DNA of 32,000 nt from assembly GCA_963847125.1 (NCBI GenBank), contig CAWJYM010000009.1, positions 1,282,170 through 1,314,169 on the forward strand. The letters are read 5' to 3'. The stretch's first letter is position 1. Every line of letters starts with the position of its first letter. Both the position numbers and the translations under genes were made by a program. Source of the stretch: an uncultured Acidobacteriota bacterium. GTDB lineage: Bacteria; Acidobacteriota; Vicinamibacteria; Vicinamibacterales; 2-12-FULL-66-21. This document shows positions 1-7,672 of the stretch, piece by piece. Under the pieces are notes generated by a model. The model worked only from the letters and a program-made list of their open reading frames with translations. It did not search any database and had not been told where the DNA came from.

Positions 1-1698
1 CACGAAGGCGTCGTTGACGATCGCGACCCGCGGCGCGCTGGCGTTGTCCTGCTCCGTAAACGCCCGGCCGCGGGTGATGGGGATGCCGAAGGTCTTGAAA
101 TACTCCGGCGTCACCATGTTGAAGCCGGCGCCGGGGCGCTGGGAAGGATCCTTCACCGGCGTGCCGACGATCGAGAACGGCATGCCGAAGTTCGTGCCGA
201 GCACTGGCATGCCCGTCGAGACCGACACGGCCGTCACGCCCGGAATCGCCCGCGTCTTCTCCAGGAGCTGCCGATAGAACGCCTCGACCTGTTCGGATCC
301 TTTCAGCCGACCGTCCGGAACTGGAACCGAGAACGTGAGCAGATGGTCCGTTCGAAATCCGAGATCGACGGTGGTCAGCCGGATCAGGCTCGCGATGGCG
401 AGGCCGGCGCCGGCGAGAAGGGTCAACGCGAGCGCGAACTCGGTGACGACGAACGCGCGGCGCATCCATTGCCGGCCGGCAATCATGGAGCGGCCCGCCT
501 GCTTCAAGAGCTCGCTGAGGTTCGGCCGCGTCACCTGCCAGGCCGGCGCGCAGCCGAAGAGCACGCCTGACAAGAGCGATACTGTGAGCGTAAAGAGCAG
601 GACAGGTGTGTTCATCCGCACGTCCGCCTCGGACGGCAGGGTGTCGGGAGGCACGAGCGCCATGATGACGCCCGTCAGCCAGAATGCGAGCGCGATGCCG
701 AGCGCTCCGCCGATCGCCGCCAGTATCACGCTCTCGGTGAACAACTGGCGGAACAGCCGGCCGCGCGACGCGCCGAGCGATGCGCGGACGGCCACTTCGC
801 GCTGTCTCGCCATGCCCCGCGCGAGGAGCAGGTTGGCCACGTTGGCGCACGCGATGAGCAGCACGAAGCCGACCGCGCCGAGCAGCATCCAGAGCGTCGC
901 GATCAGGTCCGAGCCGAGAAAGTTGTTCTTCAACGGCTCGACGCTCGCCGTCCATCCCTGGTTGGTTTTCGGAAAGGCTTCCGCGAGCCGCTTCGTTACG
1001 CCCGCCATGTCGGCGTTCGCCTGCGCCAGCGTGACGCCCGGCTTGAGCCGCCCGAGCACGAGCAACCAGTGGAAGTCGTGGTTGAGTTGCTCTGGCGTAA
1101 ACGCGATCGGGAGAAACAGCTTGCTCTCGAGCCGGTCGGCGGTCCCGGGCGCGAGCACGCCGACGACCGTGTGGGGCTTTCCGTCCACGCGCACCTGGCG
1201 GTTGATGATGTCGGGATCGCCGCCGAACCGCGTCCGCCAGAACTGATTCGTCATGATGATGGCCTGGTCCTTCCCCACGACGCCTTCTTCCGGGAGAAAG
1301 TCACGCCCCAAGCCCATCTTGAACCCGTGCGCCGTGACGAAGCCCGGGGTGGCAATCCGCGCCGATACGAGCTCCAGGCCGCCGCCGCTCGACGCGAAGC
1401 TGACCCGGCGCCCCGACCAGGCCTGCAGCGATTCGAACGACGTGCTTTGACGCACCCATTCGACGTAGTCGCCGGCCGCCGTCGCGTTCCGCCGGTCCTG
1501 GATCCGCGACCAGACGATCACGATCCGGTCGGGGTTCTCGTAGGGCAGCGGCGCGATCAGCGTGGCGTAGACCACGCTGAAGATGGCCGCGTTCGCGCCG
1601 ATGCCGAGCGCAAGCGCCAGCACGGCGACGGCGGTGAATCCGGGGTGTCTACGGAGGAGTCGGATACCCCAGCGTGCGTCGCGCAGAATGGAAGTCAT
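1..1698 (-). CDS. ABC-type efflux permease of the MacB/FtsX 'ADOP' (acidobacterial duplicated orphan permease) type; N-terminal part only, the C-terminus runs off the window start
   Basis: It is absent from the ORF track because the frame stays open to position 1. Hand translation from ATG at 1698 (complement, GAAGGGGG about 7 nt upstream) gives MTSILRDARWGIRLLRRHPGFTAVAVLALALGIGANAAIFSVVYATLIAPLPYENPDRIVIVWSRIQDRR... The same frame at 781-900 reads ATLWMLLGAVGFVLLIACANVANLLLARGMARQREVAVRASLGASRG, the classic FtsX helix region. Near position 1 it reads ...FVVTEFALALTLLAGAGLAIASLIRLTTVDLGFRTDHLLTFSV...FNMVTPEYFKTFGIPITRGRAFTEQDNASAPRVAIVNDAFV, the start of a second MacB-like periplasmic domain. 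Confidence 0.85.
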   Translation of the reverse strand, partial: MTSILRDARWGIRLLRRHPGFTAVAVLALALGIGANAAIFSVVYATLIAPLPYENPDRIVIVWSRIQDRRNATAAGDYVEWVRQSTSFESLQAWSGRRVSFASSGGGLELVSARIATPGFVTAHGFKMGLGRDFLPEEGVVGKDQAIIMTNQFWRTRFGGDPDIINRQVRVDGKPHTVVGVLAPGTADRLESKLFLPIAFTPEQLNHDFHWLLVLGRLKPGVTLAQANADMAGVTKRLAEAFPKTNQGWTASVEPLKNNFLGSDLIATLWMLLGAVGFVLLIACANVANLLLARGMARQREVAVRASLGASRGRLFRQLFTESVILAAIGGALGIALAFWLTGVIMALVPPDTLPSEADVRMNTPVLLFTLTVSLLSGVLFGCAPAWQVTRPNLSELLKQAGRSMIAGRQWMRRAFVVTEFALALTLLAGAGLAIASLIRLTTVDLGFRTDHLLTFSVPVPDGRLKGSEQVEAFYRQLLEKTRAIPGVTAVSVSTGMPVLGTNFGMPFSIVGTPVKDPSQRPGAGFNMVTPEYFKTFGIPITRGRAFTEQDNASAPRVAIVNDAFV

Positions 1699-1904
1699 CG
1701 GGCAGCCCCCTTCGATCGCAAGCCTGGACCGCAACGTTAGACGGGCGCAGTCCGCGCACCGTTGCGAAAGTGTCCGCTCCCGCGCTGTGCTTGTCCGTTT
1801 CCGAACGGCGAGCTGTCGGATGCGTCGGTGAACGGCGATGCGGCGCTCGAAAGCTGGACAGCTCTCGAGTCGCGTGCCACCATCCCAGCAGCTTCGAGGA
1901 CACC

Positions 1905-2945
1905 ATGGGATGGATCGCGTACGTCATCGCCTGGCTGGCCGCGGCGTTCTTCTGGTCGCTGGCCAGCGCGTCGACCGCCGGACGCCCGCCGATCGAGACT
2001 CTCCCGTGGGGCTTGCTCGCGATGGGTGCGGCAGGCCTCATGGGCCTGGTGGTCTGGCGGCTCACTCAGCGGGTCGCGTGGGACTGGCGCGCCCCATCCT
2101 TTTATATAGCTCACGGGATAGGGCTGGTCGTGTACAGCGTCCTGTACTCGACTTCGTGGGTGTGGCTCGACGTCGCGGTGGGCCGCGTGCCAGAGGCGAT
2201 CGCGGCGATTCGCGCGTCGCCCGTCATCGTTTGGAATCTCCTGATGGGATCGTGGCTGTACCTCGTCGTCGCCGGCCTCTCGTACGCCATCCGCGCGCAT
2301 CGCCGGATCCGCGCCGAGGAAACGGCCGCCGCCGACGCGCGCCTGCTCGCCCAGCAGGCGCAGCTCGTCGCGCTGCGCGCGCAGGTGAACCCGCACTTTC
2401 TGTTCAACGCGCTGCACTCCGTGGGCGCTCTGGTGGCGAGCGATCCCGTCCGCGCCGACAAGGCGCTCGAGTGCCTCGGCGATCTGCTCCGGTATGCGCT
2501 CGGCACGGAAGACGAGGTGCTGTTCGCGCAGGAGTGGCGTTTCACGCAGGACTACCTGGCGTTCGAGCAGCTGCGGCTCGGAGACCGGCTGAGGGTTGAC
2601 GCCTCGGCGGACGCGGCCGCGCTCTCGGTGCCGGTTCCGCCGCTCATCTTTCAACCGCTCGTCGAGAACGCCGTGCGCCACGGCATCGCCGATCGTCCCG
2701 ATGGGGGCCGCATCACGCTGGGCGCGCGCGTCGACGGCGCGCGCCTCATCCTCCGCGTCGTCGATGACGGCGGCGGCGAGACCGGCGGCGCGACGGACGG
2801 TCTCGGCCTCGGATCCGTCCGGAGGCGCCTCGCCGCGTTGTATGGCGCGAGCGCCATGCTCGCCATCGACCGTCACGCCCCGGGATTCGCGGTCACCATC
2901 GAGCTGCCCCTCAAGCCGGCGGACGAGTTGGGGTCGGTCGCATGA
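1905..2945 (+). CDS. Membrane sensor histidine kinase, LytS/YehU-type (His_kinase + HATPase_c)
   Basis: ORF 1674..2945 is trimmed to ATG 1905, with GAGGA just upstream. Four hydrophobic helices are present (MGWIAYVIAWLAAAFFW, LPWGLLAMGAAGLMGLVVW, HGIGLVVYSVLYSTSWVW, VIVWNLLMGSWLYLVVAGL). They are followed by the LytS-type phosphoacceptor motif NPHFLFNALHSV and ATPase motifs LVENAVRHG, VVDDGGG and GLGLGSV. Confidence 0.9.
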   Translation: MGWIAYVIAWLAAAFFWSLASASTAGRPPIETLPWGLLAMGAAGLMGLVVWRLTQRVAWDWRAPSFYIAHGIGLVVYSVLYSTSWVWLDVAVGRVPEAIAAIRASPVIVWNLLMGSWLYLVVAGLSYAIRAHRRIRAEETAAADARLLAQQAQLVALRAQVNPHFLFNALHSVGALVASDPVRADKALECLGDLLRYALGTEDEVLFAQEWRFTQDYLAFEQLRLGDRLRVDASADAAALSVPVPPLIFQPLVENAVRHGIADRPDGGRITLGARVDGARLILRVVDDGGGETGGATDGLGLGSVRRRLAALYGASAMLAIDRHAPGFAVTIELPLKPADELGSVA

Positions 2946-3691
2946 ACGTGAACGCCACCGTCACCGGGCTGATCGTCGAGGACGAACCGCTCGCGCGGCG
3001 CCGGCTGCGCGAGCTCGTCCGGGACGTTCCCTGGCTGGAGTGCCTCGGCGAGGCCACGAACGCCCGCGCGGCGATCGCGGCAATCGACGAACTGCAGCCG
3101 GATCTGGTGTTCCTGGACGTTCAGCTGCCGGGCGCCTCGGGAATCGAGGTGCTCTCGCGCGTCACGCACTCGCCGGCGGTGATCTTCACGACGGCGCACA
3201 GCCAGTTCGCGGTGACGGCCTTCGAACTCGCGGCGCTCGACTATCTGCTCAAGCCGTTCGGCCGCGAGCGGTTCGGCCGCGCGGTCGAGCGCGCGCGGCC
3301 GCTCCTCGAGCGCCAGACCGGCCACGGCACGACCGAGCGCGCGCGCGAGGCGCTCGCGAGCGGGCCGATTCCCCGCCTGTACGTCCGCGAGGGGGACCGG
3401 ATCCTCCCGATACGGGTCGCATCGATCGAACGGCTCGAGGCCTGCGATGACTTCGTGATCGTCCACACGGCCGGACGACGATTCCGGATCAACTTGACGC
3501 TGTCGGACCTCGAGCGCCGGCTCGATCCCCGGCTCTTCGTGCGCGCCCACCGATCGCACATCGTGAACCTGGATCACGTCGCGTCCTGGATGCCGTACGA
3601 CGGCTCGCGCTACCAGATTGCGCTCCGCAGCGGCGCGACGATCGTGGCCAGCCGGCAGCGGTCGCGCGTGCTGCGCGATATGGGCCGCTAG
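2942..3691 (+). CDS. LytTR-family response regulator (receiver + LytTR DNA-binding domain)
   Basis: ATG 2942 overlaps the kinase stop (ATGA), suggesting translational coupling. Receiver motifs are GLIVEDEPLARRRL and DLVFLDVQLPGASG. The C-terminal LytTR domain reads FVIVHTAGRRFRINLTLSDLERRLDPRLFVRAHRSHIVNLDHV. Confidence 0.9.
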   Translation: MNVNATVTGLIVEDEPLARRRLRELVRDVPWLECLGEATNARAAIAAIDELQPDLVFLDVQLPGASGIEVLSRVTHSPAVIFTTAHSQFAVTAFELAALDYLLKPFGRERFGRAVERARPLLERQTGHGTTERAREALASGPIPRLYVREGDRILPIRVASIERLEACDDFVIVHTAGRRFRINLTLSDLERRLDPRLFVRAHRSHIVNLDHVASWMPYDGSRYQIALRSGATIVASRQRSRVLRDMGR

Positions 3692-3792
3692 CCGCCGCCC
3701 GTTCACCGTCCGCCCTGCTCGTTGACCGCCGCAGAACGTCGGCGACCGATCCGGCATTGCCGCCGCGGCGCCGGCGCCTCTAGCGTTCTCGC

Positions 3793-4680
3793 ATGACTAC
3801 TCATCTGCGTCTCGTGCTTCCGGCCGCGCTCATAGCGCTTCTGCCGATGAGCGCGGCCGCGCAATCGGCCAAAGCCGTAGAGATCGTCGAGCGGATTCAA
3901 CGCGCCGACTACGAAGGGGACCGAGCGGCGCTCCAGCGTCTCTTCGAGGAGCTGGCGCCGTTCGCGGAGACGGGCGACCTTGCGTCTCGGGTCCGGTACT
4001 GGCGCGGGTTCGCTCTGTGGCGAAAGGTCCTCAATGGCTTCAACGATTCAGTCGATCCGAAAGAGCTCGAACAGGACGCGACCCGGGCGGTGAGCGAATT
4101 CGAGCAGGCGTTCACCAGAGATCCAGCTTTTGTTGATGCGAAGGTGGCGGCCTCGGGCTGCCTGAGCAACCTGGTCTACCTGAATCGGGAGAATCCTGCG
4201 CGCATGCAGGAGCTGATCGCCCGGTCAGGCGGATGGCTCAAGGAAGCCCGGGCCGCGGCCCCGGACAATCCGCGGCTGCTCTGGGTGTGGGGCGCCATCC
4301 AGTGGGTCGTCGGTCCCGAGCGCGGTGGCGGGCAGGCCGTGGCGCTGGCGACGTATCAGAAAGGGCTCGCGTCGGCCAGGCGGACGAAAGGACTCGCACG
4401 CGATCCGCTCGAGCCTTCCTGGGGCGAGCCGGAGCTGCTGATGAACCTCGCGTGGAGCCATCTGAACCTCGCGACCCCGGACGCCGCCGCAGCGGAGAAG
4501 TACGCACAAGAGGCGCTGGCACTTGTCCCGTATTGGCGCTACGTCCGCGACATTCTGATGCCGCAGATTCGCCAGGCCAAGGAGAAGCGCGATCCTGTGG
4601 GGGGAGGGCTCGACTACGGCTGGCCCGCCGTCGGAGCGCTCAGTGGAGCGGCGCGATCCGGAGATCGCGTCGCTCCCTGA
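3793..4680 (+). CDS. Secreted hypothetical protein, TPR-like helical repeats (function unknown)
   Basis: ATG 3793 is followed by signal peptide MTTHLRLVLPAALIALLPMSAAAQS. The rest is helix-rich with repeated Ala/Leu/Trp patterns (RYWRGFALWRKV, LLWVWGAIQWVVG, EKYAQEALALVPYW). I recognised no catalytic motif. Confidence 0.6.
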   Translation: MTTHLRLVLPAALIALLPMSAAAQSAKAVEIVERIQRADYEGDRAALQRLFEELAPFAETGDLASRVRYWRGFALWRKVLNGFNDSVDPKELEQDATRAVSEFEQAFTRDPAFVDAKVAASGCLSNLVYLNRENPARMQELIARSGGWLKEARAAAPDNPRLLWVWGAIQWVVGPERGGGQAVALATYQKGLASARRTKGLARDPLEPSWGEPELLMNLAWSHLNLATPDAAAAEKYAQEALALVPYWRYVRDILMPQIRQAKEKRDPVGGGLDYGWPAVGALSGAARSGDRVAP

Positions 4681-4687
4681 GCCGCCA

Positions 4688-4713
4688 CCAGCCAGCTCCT
4701 CTATTGTGGCTGG
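4688..4713. terminator. Inverted repeat between convergent genes; possible weak bidirectional terminator
   Basis: CCAGCCA (4688-4694) pairs with TGGCTGG (4707-4713) around a 12-nt loop. It spans the 20-nt gap between stop 4678-4680 (+) and stop 4701-4703 (-). There is no U-tract, so function is uncertain. Confidence 0.25.
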
Positions 4714-7268
4714 GACGTTTGCAGGACGTGCTGCTTGATCAGCCGCTCGCGATCGCGGCGCATGTCCTTTCCGTGGCGAACGTCCGGATAGGCGATGCCT
4801 TCACCGCGCAGCCCCGTCCACAGCGCCAGATTGAACCGGTCGGTATCCAGGTCATCCTCCCGCTCGAAGTCCTGGCCGGCCATGACCCGTTCCCAGTACT
4901 CGGCGGTTCGCGTCGGACGCGCCGGCACGGAGAAGCCACCCACAGGATCCCGCTGCCGGCTGGCCGCGGTCGCGGCAGGCAGCGGCAGCTGCGTGCTGTA
5001 GAGGACGGATGGCACCACGGCGGTGTAGGTCCAGGGCTCCGGCCGCGTCTTGAAGATGTCGGCCATCGGCTCTGCCAGCGCATCGTTCAGGCCGGCGGGC
5101 TCGATCCCGAGAACATCCACGATCGTCCGGATCATGCTGACCGTCGTGTAGTGCTTCGTCACCAGCGCATCCCTGCGCACCATCGAACCGGCAACCAGCC
5201 CGATGCTCCGATGCGCATCCACGTGATCGCCGCCATTCTGCGCATCGTCTTCGATGAAGAAGATCAGGGTGTTGTCCTTGTACTTGCTGTTCGCGACCTT
5301 CTCGACCAGCAGGCCGATGGCGTAGTCGTTGTCGGCCATCTGCGTCTCGACGGTATTGACCCCGTCGATGGCTGTTCCGAAGTTGCCGAAGTGATCGTGG
5401 GGAAAACGGACGAACATCAGGTTCGGAAGATTGTCGTTCGCGACGTACTGATCGAACTCTCGCTCCCACTCCTTGAACAACCAGTAGTCCGCGTTCGTCT
5501 GGTCGTACCCGCGAAAGTAGACGTCCGTGTGATCGGCCAGCGCCGCGTTCAGCGTCACGGCCTGCGGGACACCGAGCGTGAACGGGGTGCGGAACGTCGA
5601 GCTCGGTACCGGGAGATTCGCGACGAAGAAGCCATAGTTGCGGACCGTCAGGCCGGCGCGCAGTGCGGAATCCCACAGGTACCCCGTGCCCGCCTCCCCC
5701 TTACGGCTGTCGGGCGCGGCCACGTCGGCTACGCCCGCCAGCAGATTGGGATCGTTCGGATAGGCCGGGTTCTGCGCCTGACGCTCGGCCAGCCCTGGAA
5801 GCGACACGTTCACGTTCCGGTTCGCGCCTTCCCAGTCGTAGCTGAAGCCCCGGCCGCCGTAGTTCACGGGAACCGATTTCTGGGTGTAGTCATTGGCCCG
5901 CGCCGCCGTGCTCCAGTTCCAGCCGTCTCCGCTCACCGTTCCGGAATCGTGGAAGTTGTCCAGGAGAACGAAGTCCATCGCGAGCTGTTTGTGGTTCGGG
6001 CTGAACGGCGACAGGATCGCGAGGCTGGGGTCGCCATTGCCGCGAGGCAGGTCGCCGAACACCTGATCGTAGGTCCGGTTCTCCTTCACGACATAGATGA
6101 CGTGCTTGATCTGACGGCGCACCGACGCCATGATGCGCGCGTTCCGTCGCTGATCGTCGGTGGGTTCCAGCGCGCAGTTGTACGAGACCTGGCGGGTCAG
6201 GCGATCGAGGTCCGAATGACGCGGCGCCGGCAGGCTCAGGAGCCCGGCCTTGGTCAGCTGCCACGAGTACTGATTCGCGGCGTTGCAGTTGGCCGACGAA
6301 CCGGACGCGATCGAGAGATTGTCCCTGCACGCATCGGGGTTCGGCCCGGTGTTGCTCATCCCGTTGACGATGTGAAGAACGGAGCCTTTCCAGGTCGAGG
6401 TGACGGCGACCGCATTCGGATAGTAGGCGGTCGGAATCAGCCCGGTGACCTCGCCTTTCACGCGGTCCCGGCTCCTGCCCCAGCCGCGGCCGTACCGCAG
6501 CTCGATGACCGCGAGCGAATTGGTGCCGCCGTTGGTGACGTACAGCGTTCTCTCGTCGCGGGACAGCGCCAGGCTGTTCGGGTTGCTCCCCTTGAACGTC
6601 CGCGCCTTCTTCAACAGGTCTTCGGGCGCCGTCGTCCTGATGCGCGTCAGCACCTGGTCCGATTCGGTGTCGACGATGGCGACGGTGTCGCTGTTGGACT
6701 CGGCGACGAAGAGCAGGTCTTCTGACTTGTTCAGGATCATCTTCCCCGGGAGCCCACCGACGGGGATCCGGCAGGTGACGGCGGGCGTGCCGGCGAGGCT
6801 GAGGACCACAATCTCGCGGTCGCGCTGGCTCGTCACGTACGCCTTGTCCGTTCCCTTGATGGCGACCCAGAACGGATAGCTCCCGCCGGGCGTTCCGGCC
6901 AGCTGCGGATCCGCGACGCCGGGCCTCAGATCAACATCGCCGACGAGCGTGCGGCTCTGGAGGTCGACGATCGTCACGGAGTCATAGAGCATGTTGGCGA
7001 CGACGAGGAAACGTCCCGAGGCGTCGACGGCCAGGCCGGCTGCCATGGGCTGATAGGCGCCGCCGCTCACGCTGGGATGGTTTCCGAGGTCGAGCGCTGG
7101 AAGCTGTTCGGCCCAGGCGTCGCCAGCTCTGACGAAGACATGCACGTTGTCGTCTCTGCCGCCGGAGACATAGAACGCGTTTCCGTTCGGGTGCCAGGCG
7201 ATGCCGTTGAACGTGTTCGGTACCGGCAATGCCTGCTTCTTGACCGGCGACCGTCCCGGTGACGTCAT
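4701..7268 (-). CDS. Bifunctional YncE-like beta-propeller / phosphoesterase-family (PLC/AcpA-type) protein, main part; continues from fragment 7255..7635 after a +1 frameshift
   Basis: Phosphoesterase motifs are IKHVIYVVKENRTYDQVFGDL and FFIEDDAQNGGDHVDAHRS. Upstream propeller repeats are NAFYVSGGRDDNVHVF, RFLVVANMLYDSVTIVDL, DLLFVAESNSDTVAIVD and RTLYVTNGGTNSLAVIEL. The Met at 7268 has no signal peptide or RBS and lies inside a propeller blade. Confidence 0.85.
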   Translation of the reverse strand: MTSPGRSPVKKQALPVPNTFNGIAWHPNGNAFYVSGGRDDNVHVFVRAGDAWAEQLPALDLGNHPSVSGGAYQPMAAGLAVDASGRFLVVANMLYDSVTIVDLQSRTLVGDVDLRPGVADPQLAGTPGGSYPFWVAIKGTDKAYVTSQRDREIVVLSLAGTPAVTCRIPVGGLPGKMILNKSEDLLFVAESNSDTVAIVDTESDQVLTRIRTTAPEDLLKKARTFKGSNPNSLALSRDERTLYVTNGGTNSLAVIELRYGRGWGRSRDRVKGEVTGLIPTAYYPNAVAVTSTWKGSVLHIVNGMSNTGPNPDACRDNLSIASGSSANCNAANQYSWQLTKAGLLSLPAPRHSDLDRLTRQVSYNCALEPTDDQRRNARIMASVRRQIKHVIYVVKENRTYDQVFGDLPRGNGDPSLAILSPFSPNHKQLAMDFVLLDNFHDSGTVSGDGWNWSTAARANDYTQKSVPVNYGGRGFSYDWEGANRNVNVSLPGLAERQAQNPAYPNDPNLLAGVADVAAPDSRKGEAGTGYLWDSALRAGLTVRNYGFFVANLPVPSSTFRTPFTLGVPQAVTLNAALADHTDVYFRGYDQTNADYWLFKEWEREFDQYVANDNLPNLMFVRFPHDHFGNFGTAIDGVNTVETQMADNDYAIGLLVEKVANSKYKDNTLIFFIEDDAQNGGDHVDAHRSIGLVAGSMVRRDALVTKHYTTVSMIRTIVDVLGIEPAGLNDALAEPMADIFKTRPEPWTYTAVVPSVLYSTQLPLPAATAASRQRDPVGGFSVPARPTRTAEYWERVMAGQDFEREDDLDTDRFNLALWTGLRGEGIAYPDVRHGKDMRRDRERLIKQHVLQTSQPQ

Positions 7269-7635
7269 AGACGAACACGTATTCGTTGGACCACTCCGCG
7301 ACCCTGCTGCCAGTGGGACCGTTGACGCGGTTGTATCCGCTCGTGAGAACCAGCAGCGTGCTGTCGTCCGGGCTGAGCGCGGCCGCGACCGCCTGCCCCG
7401 CCGTGAAGTCCGGCAGGCCCGGCAGGTCGGGATTCAGCGATTGAAACACGGCGCCCGGGGCCGCCGTCGGCGTGATCCTCATCCCGGTGTGCAGCAACTC
7501 TCCTTCGATCGGCGTCTTTCCGGAGTGCCTATCCGAGCGGCCTTCCACGGCGATGCTCAGCCCGGAGAGCGCCACTCCAACCAGCGAACCAATGACGAAC
7601 AATCCAGGTCGAACCATACGTGTGTTCTTTTGCAT
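7255..7635 (-). CDS. N-terminal fragment (signal peptide + first propeller blades) of the same phosphoesterase gene
   Basis: This is the upper part of ORF 6982..7635. AAGGAGG lies 6 nt upstream of ATG 7635, followed by signal peptide MQKNTRMVRPGLFVIGSLVGVALSGLSIA. The sequence is sensible up to ...LLVLTSGYNRVNGPTGSRVAEWSNEYVFVYDVTG. Below about 7255 this frame becomes Arg-rich junk, while the +1 frame is ORF 4701..7268. Confidence 0.8.
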
Positions 7636-7672
7636 TGATGTCCTCCTTACTCCCGGGGGGTCTCGGTGCGAG

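Noticed and set aside
4233-6725. 830-aa plus-strand ORF antisense to the phosphoesterase gene. Similar long antisense ORFs occur at 1737..2876(-), 12705..13850(-), 14316..15680(-), 16996..17967(-), 17895..19412(-), 23670..24848(-), 27491..28564(-) and 29842..31428(+).
   Set aside because: Their translations are Arg/Pro/Gly/Ala-rich low-complexity sequence with no recognisable motifs. The opposite strand carries clear domain signatures. Long stop-free antisense frames are expected in GC-rich DNA.
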